Assembly: GCA_964057225.1 (NCBI GenBank)
Contig: OZ059900.1
Coordinates: 744,001-808,000, forward strand
Source: Auanema rhodensis
Taxonomy: Eukaryota > Animalia > Nematoda
Direction: 5' to 3'
DNA length: 64,000 bases
Shown: positions 12,140 through 28,466 of the stretch, in pieces
Layout of the letters: every line of letters starts with the position of its first letter
Position numbering within the stretch: the first letter of the stretch is position 1
Notes under the pieces: model-generated
The model's database searches: none
What the model saw: only the letters and a program-made list of their open reading frames with translations
What the model was told of the DNA's origin: nothing
Made by a program: the position numbers and the translations under genes

Positions 12140-15100
12140 TTTTCGCTGAAATAGCATTACTACACTAAGTATGGTCGTTTTTATGCCTTTAACACCATAT
12201 ACTCACCGATTTTTGGTACAAAATCTGTAATACTTGTAAATTTTGATCATATTTGTTAAGATTCGAGAATCAAACACATAATACACGAAATAAGTCTATT
12301 TTTATGAGTTTGCACTGATATTTATTCATTTTGATCAAAAAAGGTCGAAAATAGAAAGAATTTTTGAAATTTCCGAGTTTTGAGTCCAATTTGGCTAAAT
12401 CGCTCATATATAAGATCAAAAGCATAGTTTTATTGTCTATAACAACAAAAGTCATCAATTAAACGCTAGTGATGTTTAAATACTGATTTTCGCTGAAATA
12501 GCATTACTACACTAAGTATGGTCGTTTTTATGCCTTTAACACCATATACTCACCGATTTTTGGTACAAAATCTGTAATACTTGTAAATTTTGATCATATT
12601 CGTTAAGATTTGAGAATCAAACATACAATACACGAAATCAGTCTATTTTTATGAGCTTGCACTGATATATATTCATTTTGATCAAAAAAGGTCGAAAATA
12701 GAAAGAATTTTTGAAATTTCCGAGTTTTGAGTCTAATTTGGCTAAATCGCTCATATATATGATAAGAAGCATAGTTTTATTGTCTATGACAACAAAAATC
12801 ATCAATTAAACGCTAGTGATGTTTAAATACTGATTTTCGCTCAAATAGCATTACTACACTAAGTATGGTCGTTTTTATGCCTTTAACACCATATACTCAC
12901 CGATTTTTGGTACAAAATCTGTAATACTCGTAAAATTTGATCATATTTGTTAAGATTTGAGAATCAAACACACAATACACAAAATCAGTCTATTTTTATG
13001 AGTTTACACTGATATATATTCATTTTCATCAAAAAAGGTCGAAAATAGAAAGAATTTTTGAATTTTCCGAGTTTTGAGTCGAATTGGGCTAAATCGCTCA
13101 TATATATGATCAAAAGCATAGTTTTACTGTCTATGATAACAAAAGTCTTCAAATATACACTAATAATGATTAAATCACTGAATTTCACTCAATTAGCATT
13201 ACTACACTAAGTATGGTCGTTTTTATGCCTTTAACACCATATACTCACCGATTTTTGGTACAAAATCTGTAATGCTTGTAAATTTTGATCATATTTGTTA
13301 AGATTCGAGAATCAAACACATAATACACAAAATAAGTCTATTTTTACAAGTTTGCACTGATATTTATTCATTTTGATCAAAAAAGGTCGAAAATAGAAAG
13401 AATTTTTGAAATTTCCGAGTTTTGAGTCCAATTTGGCTAAATCGCTCATATATATGATCAAAAGCATAGTTTTATTGTCTATAACAACAAAAGTCATCAA
13501 TTAAACGCTAGTGATGTTTAAATACTGAATTTCGCTCAAATAGCATTACTACACTAAGTATGGTCGTTTTTATGCCTTTAACACCATATACTCACCGATT
13601 TTTGGTACAAAATCTGTAATACTCGTAAATTTTGATCATATTCGTTAAGATTTGAGAATCAAACATACAATACACAAAATCAGTCTATTTTTATGAGCTT
13701 GCACTGATATATATTCATTTTGATCAAAAAAGGTCGAAAATAGAAAGAATTTTTGAAATTTCCGAGTTTTGAGTCTAATTTGGCTAAATCGCTCATATAT
13801 AAGATCAGAAGCATAGTTTTATTGTCTATGACAACAAAAATCATCAATTAAACGCTAGTGATGTTTAAATACTGATTTTCGCTCAAATAGCATTACTACA
13901 CTAAGTATGGTCGTTTTTATGCCTTTAACACCATATACTCACCGATTTTTGGTACAAAATCTGTAATACTCGTAAATTTTGATCATATTCGTTAAGATTT
14001 GAAAATCAAACACACAATAAACAAAATCAGTCTATTTTTATGAGCTTGCACTGCTATTTATTCATTTTGATCAAAAAAGGTCGAAAATAGAAAGAATTTT
14101 TGAAATTTCCGAGTTTTGAGTCCAATTGGGCTAAATCGCTCATATATATGATCAATAACATAGTTTTATTGTCTATAACAACAAAAGTCATCAATTAAAC
14201 ACTAGTGATGTTTAAATACTGAATTTCGCTCAAATAGCATTACTACACTAAGTATGGTCGTTTTTATGCCTTTAACACCATATACTCACCGATTTTTGGT
14301 ACAAAATCTGTAATACTCGTAAATTTTGATCATATTCGTTATGATTCGAAAATCAAACACACAATAAACAAAATCAGTCTATTTTTATGAGTTTGCACCG
14401 ATATATATTCATTTTGATCAAAAAAGGTCGAAAATAGAAAGAATTTTTGAATTTTCCGAGTTTTGAGTCCAATTGGGCTAAATCGCTCATATATATGATC
14501 AAAAACATAGTTTTATTGTCTATAACAACAAAAGTCATCAATTAAACGCTAGTGATGTTTAAATACTGATTTTCGCTCAAATAGCATTACTACACTAAGT
14601 ATGGTCGTTTTTATGCCTTTAACACCATATACTCACCGATTTTTGGTACAAAATCTGTGATACTCGTAAATTTTGATCATATTCGGTGAGATTCGAGAAT
14701 CAAACACACAATACACGAAATAAGTTTATTTTTACGAGTTTGCACTGATATTTATTCATTTTGATCAAAAAAGGTCGAAAATAGAAAGAATTTTTGAAAT
14801 TTCCGAGTTTTGAGTCTAATTTGGCTAAATCGCTCATATATATGATCAAAAGCATAGTTTTATTGTCTATGATAACAAAAGTCTTCAAATATACACTAAT
14901 AATGTTTAAATCACTGAATTTCACTCAAATAGCATTACTACACTAAGTATGGTCGTTTTTATGCCTCTAACACCATATACTCACCGATTTTTGGTACAAA
15001 ATCTGTAATACTCGTAAATTTTGATCATATTCGTTAAGATTTGAGAATCAAACATACAATACACAAAATCAGTCTATTTTTATAAGCTTGCACTGATATA

Positions 15101-15984
15101 TATTCATTTTGATCAAAAAAGGTCGAAAATAGAAAGAATTTTTGAATTTTCCGAGTTTTGAGTCCAATTGGGCTAAATCGCTCATATATATGATCAAAAA
15201 CATAGTTTTATTGTCTATAACAACAAAAGTCATCAATTAAACGCTAGTGATGTTTAAATACTGATTTTCGCTCAAATAGCATTACTACACTAAGTATGGT
15301 CGTTTTTATGCCTTTAACACCATATACTCACCGATTTTTGGTACAAAATCTGTGATACTCGTAAATTTTGATCATATTCGGTGAGATTCGAGAATCAAAC
15401 ACACAATACACGAAATAAGTTTATTTTTACGAGTTTGCACTGATATTTATTCATTTTGATCAAAAAAGGTCGAAAATAGAAAGAATTTTTGAAATTTCCG
15501 AGTTTTGAGTCTAATTTGGCTAAATCGCTCATATATATGATCAAAAGCATAGTTTTACTGTCTATAACAACAAAAGTCATCAATTAAACGCTAGTGATAT
15601 TTAAATACTGATTTTCGCTCAAGTAGCATTACTACACTAAGTATGGTCGTTTTTATGCCTTTAACACCATATACTCACCGATTTTTGGTACAAAATCTGT
15701 AATACTTGTAAATTTTGATCATATTCGTTAAGATTTGAGAATCAAACATACAATACACAAAATCAGTCTATTTTTATAAGCTTGCACTGATATATATTCA
15801 TTTTGATCAAAAAAGGTCGAAAATAGAAAGAATTTTTGAAATTTCCGAGTTTTGAGTCCAATTGGGCTAAATCGCTCATATATATGATCAAAAACATAGT
15901 TTTATTGTCTATAACAACAAAAGTCATCAATTAAACGCTAGTGATGTTTAAATACTGATTTTCGCTCAAATAGCATTACTACAC

Positions 15985-17372
15985 TAAGTATGGTCGTTTT
16001 TATGCCTTTAACACCATATACTCACCGATTTTTGGTACAAAATCTGTAATACTCGTAAATTTTGATCATATTCGTTAAGATTTGAGAATCAAACATACAA
16101 TACACAAAATCAGTCTATTTTTATGAGCTTGCACTGATATATATTCATTTTGATCAAAAAAGGTCGAAAATAGAAAGAATTTTTGAAATTTCCGAGTTTT
16201 GAGTCTAATTTGGCTAAATCGCTCATATATAAGATCAGAAGCATAGTTTTATTGTCTATGACAACAAAAATCATCAATTAAACGCTAGTGATGTTTAAAT
16301 ACTGATTTTCGCTCAAATAGCATTACTACACTAAGTATGGTCGTTTTTATGCCTTTAACACCATATACTCACCGATTTTTGGTACAAAATCTGTAATACT
16401 CGTAAATTTTGATCATATTCGTTAAGATTTGAAAATCAAACACACAATAAACAAAATCAGTCTATTTTTATGAGTTTGCACTGATATATATTCATTTTGA
16501 TCAAAAAAGGTCGAAAATAGAAAGAATTTTTGAATTTTCCGAGTTTTGAGTCCAATTGGGCTAAATCGCTCATATATATAATCAAAAGCATAGTTTTACT
16601 GTCTATAACAACAAAAGTCATCAATTAAACGCTAGTGATGTTTAAATACTGAATTTCGCTCAAATAGCATTACTACACTAAGTATGGTCGTTTTTATGCC
16701 TTTAACACCATATACTCACCGATTTTTGGTACAAAATCTGTAATACTCGTAAATTTTGATCATATTCGTTAAGATTTGAGAATCAAACATACAATACACA
16801 AAATCAGTCTATTTTTATGAGCTTGCACTGATATATATTCATTTTGATCAAAAAAGGTCGAAAATAGAAAGAATTTTTGAAATTTCCGAGTTTTGAGTCT
16901 AATTTGGCTAAATCGCTCATATATAAGATCAGAAGCATAGTTTTATTGTCTATGACAACAAAAATCATCAATTAAACGCTAGTGATGTTTAAATACTGAT
17001 TTTCGCTCAAATAGCATTACTACACTAAGTATGGTCGTTTTTATGCCTTTAACACCATATACTCACCGATTTTTGGTACAAAATCTGTAATACTCGTAAA
17101 TTTTGATCATATTCGTTAAGATTTGAAAATCAAACACACAATAAACAAAATCAGTCTATTTTTATGAGTTTGCACTGATATATATTCATTTTGATCAAAA
17201 AAGGTCGAAAATAGAAAGAATTTTTGAATTTTCCGAGTTTTGAGTCCAATTGGGCTAAATCGCTCATATATATAATCAAAAGCATAGTTTTACTGTCTAT
17301 AACAACAAAAGTCATCAATTAAACGCTAGTGATGTTTAAATACTGAATTTCGCTCAAATAGCATTACTACAC
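15985..17372 (+). repeat. Local 2-monomer (694-bp) tandem duplication
   Basis: Monomers at 15985/16679 and at 16332/17026 read the same by eye (AAGATCAGAAGC type alternating with ATAATCAAAAGC...TTACTGTCTATAAC type). Confidence 0.75.
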
Positions 17373-20300
17373 TAAGTATGGTCGTTTTTATGCCTTTAAC
17401 ACCATATACTCACCGATTTTTGGTACAAAATCTGTAATACTCGTAAATTTTGATCATATTCGTTAAGATTTGAGAATCAAACATACAATACACAAAATCA
17501 GTCTATTTTTATAAGCTTGCACTGATATATATTCATTTTGATCAAAAAAGGTCGAAAATAGAAAGAATTTTTGAAATTTCCGAGTTTTGAGTCTAATTTG
17601 GCTAAATCGCTCATATATAAGATCAGAAGCATAGTTTTATTGTCTATGACAACAAAAATCATCAATTAAACGCTAGTGATGTTTAAATACTGATTTTCGC
17701 TCAAATAGCATTACTACACTAAGTATGGTCGTTTTTATGCCTTTAACACCATATACTCACCGATTTTTGGTACAAAATCTGTAATACTTGTAAATTTTGA
17801 TCATATTTGTTAAGATTCGAGAATCAAACACATAATACACAAAATAAGTCTATTTTTACAAGTTTGCACTGATATATATTCATTTTGATCAAAAAAGGTC
17901 GAAAATAGAAAGAATTTTTGAATTTTCCGAGTTTTGAGTCCAATTGGGCTAAATCGCTCATATATATAATCAAAAGCATAGTTTTACTGTCTATGATAAC
18001 AAAAGTCATAAATTAAACGCTAGTGATGTTTAAATACTGAATTTCGCTCAAATAGCATTACTACACTAAGTATGGTCGTTTTTATGCCTTTAACACCATA
18101 TACTCACCGATTTTTGGTACAAAATCTGTAATACTCGTAAATTTTGATCATATTCGTTAAGATTTGAGAATCAAACATACAATACACAAAATCAGTCTAT
18201 TTTTATAAGCTTGCACTGATATATATTCATTTTGATCAAAAAAGGTCGAAAATAGAAAGAATTTTTGAAATTTCCGAGTTTTGAGTCTAATTTGGCTAAA
18301 TCGCTCATATATATGATCAGAAGCATAGTTTTATTGTCTATGACAACAAAAATCATCAATTAAACGCTAGTGATGTTTAAATACTGATTTTCGCTCAAAT
18401 AGCATTACTACACTAAGTATGGTCGTTTTTATGCCTTTAACACCATATACTCACCGATTTTTGGTACAAAATCTGTAATACTCGTAAAATTTGATCATAT
18501 TTGTTAAGATTTGAGAATCAAACACACAATACACAAAATCAGTCTATTTTTATGAGTTTACACTGATATATATTCATTTTCATCAAAAAAGGTCGAAAAT
18601 AGAAAGAATTTTTGAATTTTCCGAGTTTTGAGTCGAATTGGGCTAAATCGCTCATATATATGATCAAAAGCATAGTTTTACTGTCTATGATAACAAAAGT
18701 CTTCAAATATACACTAATAATGATTAAATCACTGAATTTCACTCAATTAGCATTACTACACTAAGTATGGTCGTTTTTATGCCTTTAACACCATATACTC
18801 ACCGATTTTTGGTACAAAATCTGTAATACTTGTAAATTTTGATCATATTTGTTAAGATTCGAGAATCAAACACATAATACACAAAATAAGTCTATTTTTA
18901 CAAGTTTGCACTGATATTTATTCATTTTGATCAAAAAAGGTCGAAAATAGAAAGAATTTTTGAAATTTCCGAGTTTTGAGTCCAATTTGGCTAAATCGCT
19001 CATATATATGATCAAAAGCATAGTTTTATTGTCCATAACAACAAAAGTCATCAATTAAACGCTAGTGATGTTTAAATACTGAATTTCGCTCAAATAGCAT
19101 TACTACACTAAGTATGGTCGTTTTTATGCCTTTAACACCATATACTCACCGATTTTTGGTACAAAATCTGTAATACTCGTAAATTTTGATCATATTCGTT
19201 AAGATTTGAGAATCAAACATACAATACACAAAATCAGTCTATTTTTATGAGCTTGCACTGATATATATTCATTTTGATCAAAAAAGGTCGAAAATAGAAA
19301 GAATTTTTGAAATTTCCGAGTTTTGAGTCTAATTTGGCTAAATCGCTCATATATAAGATCAGAAGCATAGTTTTATTGTCTATGACAACAAAAATCATCA
19401 ATTAAACGCTAGTGATGTTTAAATACTGATTTTCGCTCAAATAGCATTACTACACTAAGTATGGTCGTTTTTATGCCTTTAACACCATATACTCACCGAT
19501 TTTTGGTACAAAATCTGTAATACTCGTAAATTTTGATCATATTCGTTAAGATTTGAAAATCAAACACACAATAAACAAAATCAGTCTATTTTTATGAGTT
19601 TGCACTGATATATATTCATTTTGATCAAAAAAGGTCGAAAATAGAAAGAATTTTTGAAATTTCCGAGTTTTGAGTCTAATTTGGCTAAATCGCTCATATA
19701 TATGATCAGAAGCATAGTTTTATTGTCTATGACAACAAAAATCATCAATTAAACGCTAGTGATATTTAAATACTGATTTTCGCTCAAATAGCATTACTAC
19801 ACTAAGTATGGTCGTTTTTATGCCTTTAACACCATATACTCACCGATTTTTGGTACAAAATCTGTAATACTCGTAAATTTTGATCATATTCGTTAAGATT
19901 TGAGAATCAAACATACAATACACAAAATCAGTCTATTTTTATGAGCTTGCACTGATATTTATTCATTTTGATCAAAAAAGGTCGAAAATAGAAAGAATTT
20001 TTGAAATTTCCGAGTTTTGAGTCCAATTGGGCTAAATCGTTCATATATATAATCAAAAGCATAGTTTTACTGTCTATGATAACAAAAGTCATCAATTAAA
20101 CGCTAGTGATGTTTAAATACTGAATTTCGCTCAAATAGCATTACTACACTAAGTATGGTCGTTTTTATGCCTTTAACACCATATACTCACCGATTTTTGG
20201 TACAAAATCTGTAATACTCGTAAATTTTGATCATATTCGTTAAGATTTGAGAATCAAACACACAATACACAAAATCAGTCTATTTTTATGAGCTTGCACT

Positions 20301-20496
20301 GATATATATTCATTTTGATCAAAAAAGGTCGAAAATAGAAAGAATTTTTGAAATTTCCGAGTTTTGAGTCTAATTTGGCTAAATCGCTCATATATATGAT
20401 CAGAAGCATAGTTTTATTGTCTATGACAACAAAAATCATCAATTAAACGCTAGTGATGTTTAAATACTGATTTTCGCTCAAATAGCATTACTACAC

Positions 20497-21886
20497 TAAG
20501 TATGGTCGTTTTTATGCCTTTAACACCATATACTCACCGATTTTTGGTACAAAATCTGTAATACTCGTAAAATTTGATCATATTTGTTAAGATTTGAGAA
20601 TCAAACACACAATACACAAAATCAGTCTATTTTTATGAGTTTACACTGATATATATTCATTTTCATCAAAAAAGGTCGAAAATAGAAAGAATTTTTGAAT
20701 TTTCCGAGTTTTGAGTCGAATCGGGCTAAATCGCTCATATATATGATCAAAAGCATAGTTTTACTGTCTATGATAACAAAAGTCTTCAAATATACACTAA
20801 TAATGATTAAATCACTGAATTTCACTCAATTAGCATTACTACACTAAGTATGGTCGTTTTTATGCCTTTAACACCATATACTCACCGATTTTTGGTACAA
20901 AATCTGTAATACTTGTAAATTTTGATCATATTTGTTAAGATTCGAGAATCAAACACATAATACACAAAATAAGTCTATTTTTACAAGTTTGCACTGATAT
21001 TTATTCATTTTGATCAAAAAAGGTCGAAAATAGAAAGAATTTTTGAAATTTCCGAGTTTTGAGTCCAATTTGGCTAAATCGCTCATATATATGATCAAAA
21101 GCATAGTTTTATTGTCTATAACAACAAAAGTCATCAATTAAACGCTAGTGATGTTTAAATACTGAATTTCGCTCAAATAGCATTACTACACTAAGTATGG
21201 TCGTTTTTATGCCTTTAACACCATATACTCACCGATTTTTGGTACAAAATCTGTAATACTTGTAAATTTTGATCATATTCGTTAAGATTCGAGAATCAAA
21301 CACACAATACACAAAATCAGTCTATTTTTATGAGTTTACACTGATGTATATTCATTTTCATCAAAAAAGGTCGAAAATAGAAAGAATTTTTGAATTTTCC
21401 GAGTTTTGAGTCGAATCGGGCTAAATCGCTCATATATATGATCAAAAGCATAGTTTTACTGTCTATGATAACAAAAGTCTTCAAATATACACTAATAATG
21501 ATTAAATCACTGAATTTCACTCAATTAGCATTACTACACTAAGTATGGTCGTTTTTATGCCTTTAACACCATATACTCACCGATTTTTGGTACAAAATCT
21601 GTAATACTTGTAAATTTTGATCATATTTGTTAAGATTCGAGAATCAAACACATAATACACAAAATAAGTCTATTTTTACAAGTTTGCACTGATATTTATT
21701 CATTTTGATCAAAAAAGGTCGAAAATAGAAAGAATTTTTGAAATTTCCGAGTTTTGAGTCCAATTTGGCTAAATCGCTCATATATATGATCAAAAGCATA
21801 GTTTTATTGTCTATAACAACAAAAGTCATCAATTAAACGCTAGTGATGTTTAAATACTGAATTTCGCTCAAATAGCATTACTACAC
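20497..21886 (+). repeat. Local 2-monomer (695-bp) duplication
   Basis: ORF offsets 20622->21317 and 20949->21644. Private GTCGAATCGGG variant at ~20715 and ~21410 only. Confidence 0.85.
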
Positions 21887-24800
21887 TAAGTATGGTCGTT
21901 TTTATGCCTTTAACACCATATACTCACCGATTTTTGGTACAAAATCTGTAATACTCGTAAATTTTGATCATATTCGTTAAGATTTGAGAATCAAACATAC
22001 AATACACAAAATCAGTCTATTTTTATGAGCTTGCACTGATATATATTCATTTTGATCAAAAAAGGTCGAAAATAGAAAGAATTTTTGAAATTTCCGAGTT
22101 TTGAGTCTAATTTGGCTAAATCGCTCATATATAAGATCAGAAGCATAGTTTTATTGTCTATGACAACAAAAATCATCAATTAAACGCTAGTGATGTTTAA
22201 ATACTGATTTTCGCTCAAATAGCATTACTACACTAAGTATGGTCGTTTTTATGCCTTTAACACCATATACTCACCGATTTTTGGTACAAAATCTGTAATA
22301 CTCGTAAATTTTGATCATATTCGTTAAGATTTGAAAATCAAACACACAATAAACAAAATCAGTCTATTTTTATGAGTTTGCACTGATATATATTCATTTT
22401 GATCAAAAAAGGTCGAAAATAGAAAGAATTTTTGAATTTTCCGAGTTTTGAGTCCAATTGGGCTAAATCGCTCATATATATAATCAAAAGCATAGTTTTA
22501 CTGTCTATGATAACAAAAGTCATCAATTAAACGCTAGTGATGTTTAAATACTGAATTTCGCTCAAATAGCATTACTACACTAAGTATGGTCGTTTTTATG
22601 CCTTTAACACCATATACTCACCGATTTTTGGTACAAAATCTGTAATACTCGTAAATTTTGATCATATTCGTTAAGATTTGAGAATCAAACACACAATACA
22701 CAAAATCAGTCTATTTTTATGAGCTTGCACTGATATATATTCATTTTGATCAAAAAAGGTCGAAAATAGAAAGAATTTTTGAAATTTCCGAGTTTTGAGT
22801 CTAATTTGGCTAAATCGCTCATATATATGATCAGAAGCATAGTTTTATTGTCTATGACAACAAAAATCATCAATTAAACGCTAGTGATATTTAAATACTG
22901 ATTTTCGCTCAAAAAGCATTACTACACTAAGTATGGTCGTTTTTATGCCTTTAACACCATATACTCACCGATTTTTGGTACAAAATCTGTAATACTCGTA
23001 AATTTTGATCATATTCGTTAAGATTTGAAAATCAAACACACAATAAACAAAATCAGTCTATTTTTATGAGTTTGCACTGATATATATTCATTTTGATCAA
23101 AAAAGGTCGAAAATAGAAAGAATTTTTGAATTTTCCGAGTTTTGAGTCCAATTGGGCTAAATCGCTCATATATATAATCAAAAGCATAGTTTTACTGTCT
23201 ATGATAACAAAAGTCATCAATTAAACGCTAGTGATGTTTAAATACTGATTTTCGCTCAAATAGCATTACTACACTAAGTATGGTCGTTTTTATGCCTTTA
23301 ACACCATATACTCACCGATTTTTGGTACAAAATCTGTGATACTCGTAAATTTTGATCATATTCGGTGAGATTCGAGAATCAAACACACAATACACGAAAT
23401 AAGTTTATTTTTACGAGTTTGCACTGATATTTATTCATTTTGATCAAAAAAGGTCGAAAATAGAAAGAATTTTTGAAATTTCCGAGTTTTGAGTCTAATT
23501 TGGCTAAATCGCTCATATATATGATCAAAAGCATAGTTTTATTGTCTATGACAACAAAAGTCATCAATTAAACGCTAGTGATGTTTAAATACTGAATTTC
23601 GCTCAAGTAGCATTACTACACTAAGTATGGTCGTTTTTATGCCTTTAACACCATATACTCACCGATTTTTGGTACAAAATCTGTGATACTCGTAAATTTT
23701 GATCATATTCGGTGAGATTCGAGAATCAAACACACAATACACGAAATAAGTTTATTTTTACGAGTTTGCACTGATATTTATTCATTTTGATCAAAAAAGG
23801 TCGAAAATAGAAAGAATTTTTGAATTTTCCGAGTTTTGAGTCTAATTTGGCTAAATCGCTCATATATATGATCAAAAGCATAGTTTTACTGTCTATGATA
23901 ACAAAAGTCTTCAAATATACACTAATAATGTGTAAATCACTGAATTTCACTCAAATAGCTTTACTACACTAAGTATGGTCGTTTTTATGCCTTTAACACC
24001 ATATACTCACCGATTTTTGGTACAAAATCTGTAATACTCGTAAATTTTGATCATATTCGTTAAGATTTGAAAATCAAACACACAATAAACAAAATCAGTC
24101 TATTTTTATGAGTTTGCACTGATATATATTCATTTTGATCAAAAAAGGTCGAAAATAGAAGAATTTTTGAATTTTCCGAGTTTTGAGTCCAATTGGGCTA
24201 AATCGCTCATATATATGATCAAAAGCATAGTTTTACTGTCTATGATAACAAAAGTCTTCAAATATACACTAATAATGTGTAAATCACTGAATTTCACTCA
24301 AATGCATTACTACACTAAGTATGGTCATTTTTATGCCTTTAACACCATATACTCACCGATTTTTGGTACAAAATCTGTAATACTTGTAAATTTCGATCAT
24401 ATTCGTTAAGATTCGAGAAACAAACACATAATACACGAAATAAGTCTATTTTTATGAGTTTGCACTGATATTTATTCATTTTGATCAAAAAAGGTCGAAA
24501 ATAGAAAGAATTTTTGAAATTTCCGAGTTTTGAGTCGAATTGGGCTAAATCGCTCATATATATGATCAAAAGCATAGTTTTACTGTCTATGATAACAAAA
24601 GTCTTCAAATATACACTAATAATGATTAAATCACTGAATTTCACTCAAATAGCATTACTACACTAAGTATGGTCGTTTTTATGCCTTTAACACCATATAC
24701 TCACCGATTTTTGGTACAAAATCTGTAATACTTGTAAATTTTGATCATATTTGTTAAGATTCGAGAATCAAACACATAATACACAAAATAAGTCTATTTT

Positions 24801-27800
24801 TACAAGTTTGCACTGATATTTATTCATTTTGATCAAAAAAGGTCGAAAATAGAAAGAATTTTTGAAATTTCCGAGTTTTGAGTCCAATTTGGCTAAATCG
24901 CTCATATATATGATCAAAAACATAGTTTCATTGTCTATAACAACAAAAGTCATCAATTAAACGCTAGTGATGTTTAAATACTGAATTTCGCTCAAATAGC
25001 ATTACTACACTAAGTATGGTCGTTTTTATGCCTTTAACACCATATACTCACCGATTTTTGGTACAAAATCTGTAATACTCGTAAATTTTGATCATATTCG
25101 TTAAGATTTGAGAATCAAACATACAATACACAAACTCAGTCTATTTTTATGAGCTTGCACTGATATATATTCATTTTGATCAAAAAAGGTCGAAAATAGA
25201 AAGAATTTTTGAAATTTCCGAGTTTTGAGTCTAATTTGGCTAAATCGCTCATATATATGATCAGAAGCATAGTTTTATTGTCTATGACAACAAAAGTCAT
25301 CAATTAAACGCTAGTGATGTTTAAATACTGATTTTCGCTCAAATAGCATTACTACACTAAGTATGGTCGTTTTTATGCCTTTAACACCATATACTCACCG
25401 ATTTTTGGTACAAAATCTGTAATACTCGTAAATTTTGATCATATTCGTTATGATTCGAAAATCAAACACACAATAAACAAAATCTGTCTATTTTTATGAG
25501 TTTGCACCGATATATATTCATTTTGATCAAAAAAGGTCGAAAATAGAAAGAATTTTTGAATTTTCCGAGTTTTGAGTCCAATTGGGCTAAATCGCTCATA
25601 TATATGATCAAAAGCATAGTTTTACTGTCTATAACAACAAAAGTCATCAATTAAACGCTAGTGATATTTAAATACTGATTTTCGCTCAAGTAGCATTACT
25701 ACACTAAGTATGGTCGTTTTTATGCCTTTAACACCATATACTCACCGATTTTTGGTACAAAATCTGTAATACTTGTAAATTTTGATCATATTCGTTAAGA
25801 TTTGAGAATCAAACATACAATACACGAAATCAGTCTATTTTTATGAGCTTGCACTGATATATATTCATTTTGATCAAAAAAGGTCGAAAATAGAAAGAAT
25901 TTTTGAAATTTCCGAGTTTTGAGTCTAATTTGGCTAAATCGCTCATATATATGATCAGAAGCATAGTTTTATTGTCTATGACAACAAAAATCATCAATTA
26001 AACGCTAGTGATGTTTAAATACTGATTTTCGCTCAAATAGCATTACTACACTAAGTATGGTCGTTTTTATGCCTTTAACACCATATACTCACCGATTTTT
26101 GGTACAAAATCTGTAATACTCGTAAAATTTGATCATATTTGTTAAGATTTGAGAATCAAACACACAATACACAAAATCAGTCTATTTTTATGAGTTTACA
26201 CTGATATATATTCATTTTCATCAAAAAAGGTCGAAAATAGAAAGAATTTTTGAAATTTCCGAGTTTTGAGTCCAATTTGGCTAAATCGCTCATATATATG
26301 ATCAGAAGCATAGTTTTATTGTCTATGACAACAAAAATCATCAATTAAACGCTAGTGATGTTTAAATACTGATTTTCGCTCAAATAGCATTACTACACTA
26401 AGTATGGTCGTTTTTATGCCTTTAACACCATATACTCACCGATTTTTGGTACAAAATCTGTAATACTCGTAAAATTTGATCATATTTGTTAAGATTTGAG
26501 AATCAAACACACAATACACAAAATCAGTCTATTTTTATGAGTTTACACTGATATATATTCATTTTCATCAAAAAAGGTCGAAAATAGAAAGAATTTTTGA
26601 ATTTTCCGAGTTTTGAGTCCAATTGGGCTAAATCGCTCATATATATGATCAAAAGCATAGTTTCACTGTCTATGATAACAAAAGTCTTCAAATATAAACT
26701 AGTAATGATTAAATCACTGAATTTCACTCAATTAGCATTACTACACTAAGTATGGTCGTTTTTATGCCTTTAACACCATATACTCACCGATTTTTGGTAC
26801 AAAATCTGTAATACTCGTAAATTTTGATCATATTCGTTAAGATTTGAAAATCAAACACACAATAAACAAAATCAGTCTATTTTTATGAGTTTGCACTGAT
26901 ATATATTCATTTTGATCAAAAAAGGTCGAAAATAGAAAGAATTTTTGAATTTTCCGAGTTTTGAGTCCAATTGGGCTAAATCGCTCATATATATAATCAA
27001 AAGCATAGTTTTACTGTCTATGATAACAAAAGTCTTCAATTAAACGCTAGTGATGTTTAAATACTGATTTTCGCTCAAATAGCATTACTACACTAAGTAT
27101 GGTCGTTTTTATGCCTTTAACACCATATACTCACCGATTTTTGGTACAAAATCTGTAATACTCGTAAAATTTGATCATATTTGTTAAGATTTGAGAATCA
27201 AACACACAATACACAAAATCAGTCTATTTTTATGAGTTTACACTGATATATATTCATTTTCATCAAAAAAGGTCGAAAATAGAAAGAATTTTTGAATTTT
27301 CCGAGTTTTGAGTCGAATTGGGCTAAATCGCTCATATATATGATCAAAAGCATAGTTTCACTGTCTATGATAACAAAAGTCTTCAAATATACACTAATAA
27401 TGATTAAATCACTGAATTTCACTCAATTAGCATTACTACACTAAGTATGGTCGTTTTTATGCCTTTAACACCATATACTCACCGATTTTTGGTACAAAAT
27501 CTGTAATACTTGTAAATTTTGATCATATTTGTTAAGATTCGAGAATCAAACACATAATACACAAAATAAGTCTATTTTTACAAGTTTGCACTGATATTTA
27601 TTCATTTTGATCAAAAAAGGTCGAAAATAGAAAGAATTTTTGAAATTTCCGAGTTTTGAGTCCAATTTGGCTAAATCGCTCATATATATGATCAAAAGCA
27701 TAGTTTTATTGTCTATAACAACAAAAGTCATCAATTAAACGCTAGTGATGTTTAAATACTGAATTTCGCTCAAATAGCATTACTACACTAAGTATGGTCG

Positions 27801-28466
27801 TTTTTATGCCTTTAACACCATATACTCACCGATTTTTGGTACAAAATCTGTAATACTCGTAAATTTTGATCATATTCGTTAAGATTTGAGAATCAAACAT
27901 ACAATACACAAAATCAGTCTATTTTTATGAGCTTGCACTGATATATATTCATTTTGATCAAAAAAGGTCGAAAATAGAAAGAATTTTTGAAATTTCCGAG
28001 TTTTGAGTCTAATTTGGCTAAATCGCTCATATATAAGATCAGAAGCATAGTTTTATTGTCTATGACAACAAAAATCATCAATTAAACGCTAGTGATGTTT
28101 AAATACTGATTTTCGCTCAAATAGCATTACTACACTAAGTATGGTCGTTTTTATGCCTTTAACACCATATACTCACCGATTTTTGGTACAAAATCTGTAA
28201 TACTCGTAAATTTTGATCATATTCGTTAAGATTTGAAAATCAAACACACAATAAACAAAATCAGTCTATTTTTATGAGTTTGCACTGATATATATTCATT
28301 TTGATCAAAAAAGGTCGAAAATAGAAAGAATTTTTGAATTTTCCGAGTTTTGAGTCCAATTGGGCTAAATCGCTCATATATATAATCAAAAGCATAGTTT
28401 TACTGTCTATGATAACAAAAGTCATCAATTAAACGCTAGTGATGTTTAAATACTGAATTTCGCTCA

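Noticed and set aside
5412-24409. Four plus-strand ORFs (MNFPSFESN...)
   Set aside because: They exist only where private 1-bp indels or substitutions remove stops; by-products of satellite variants.
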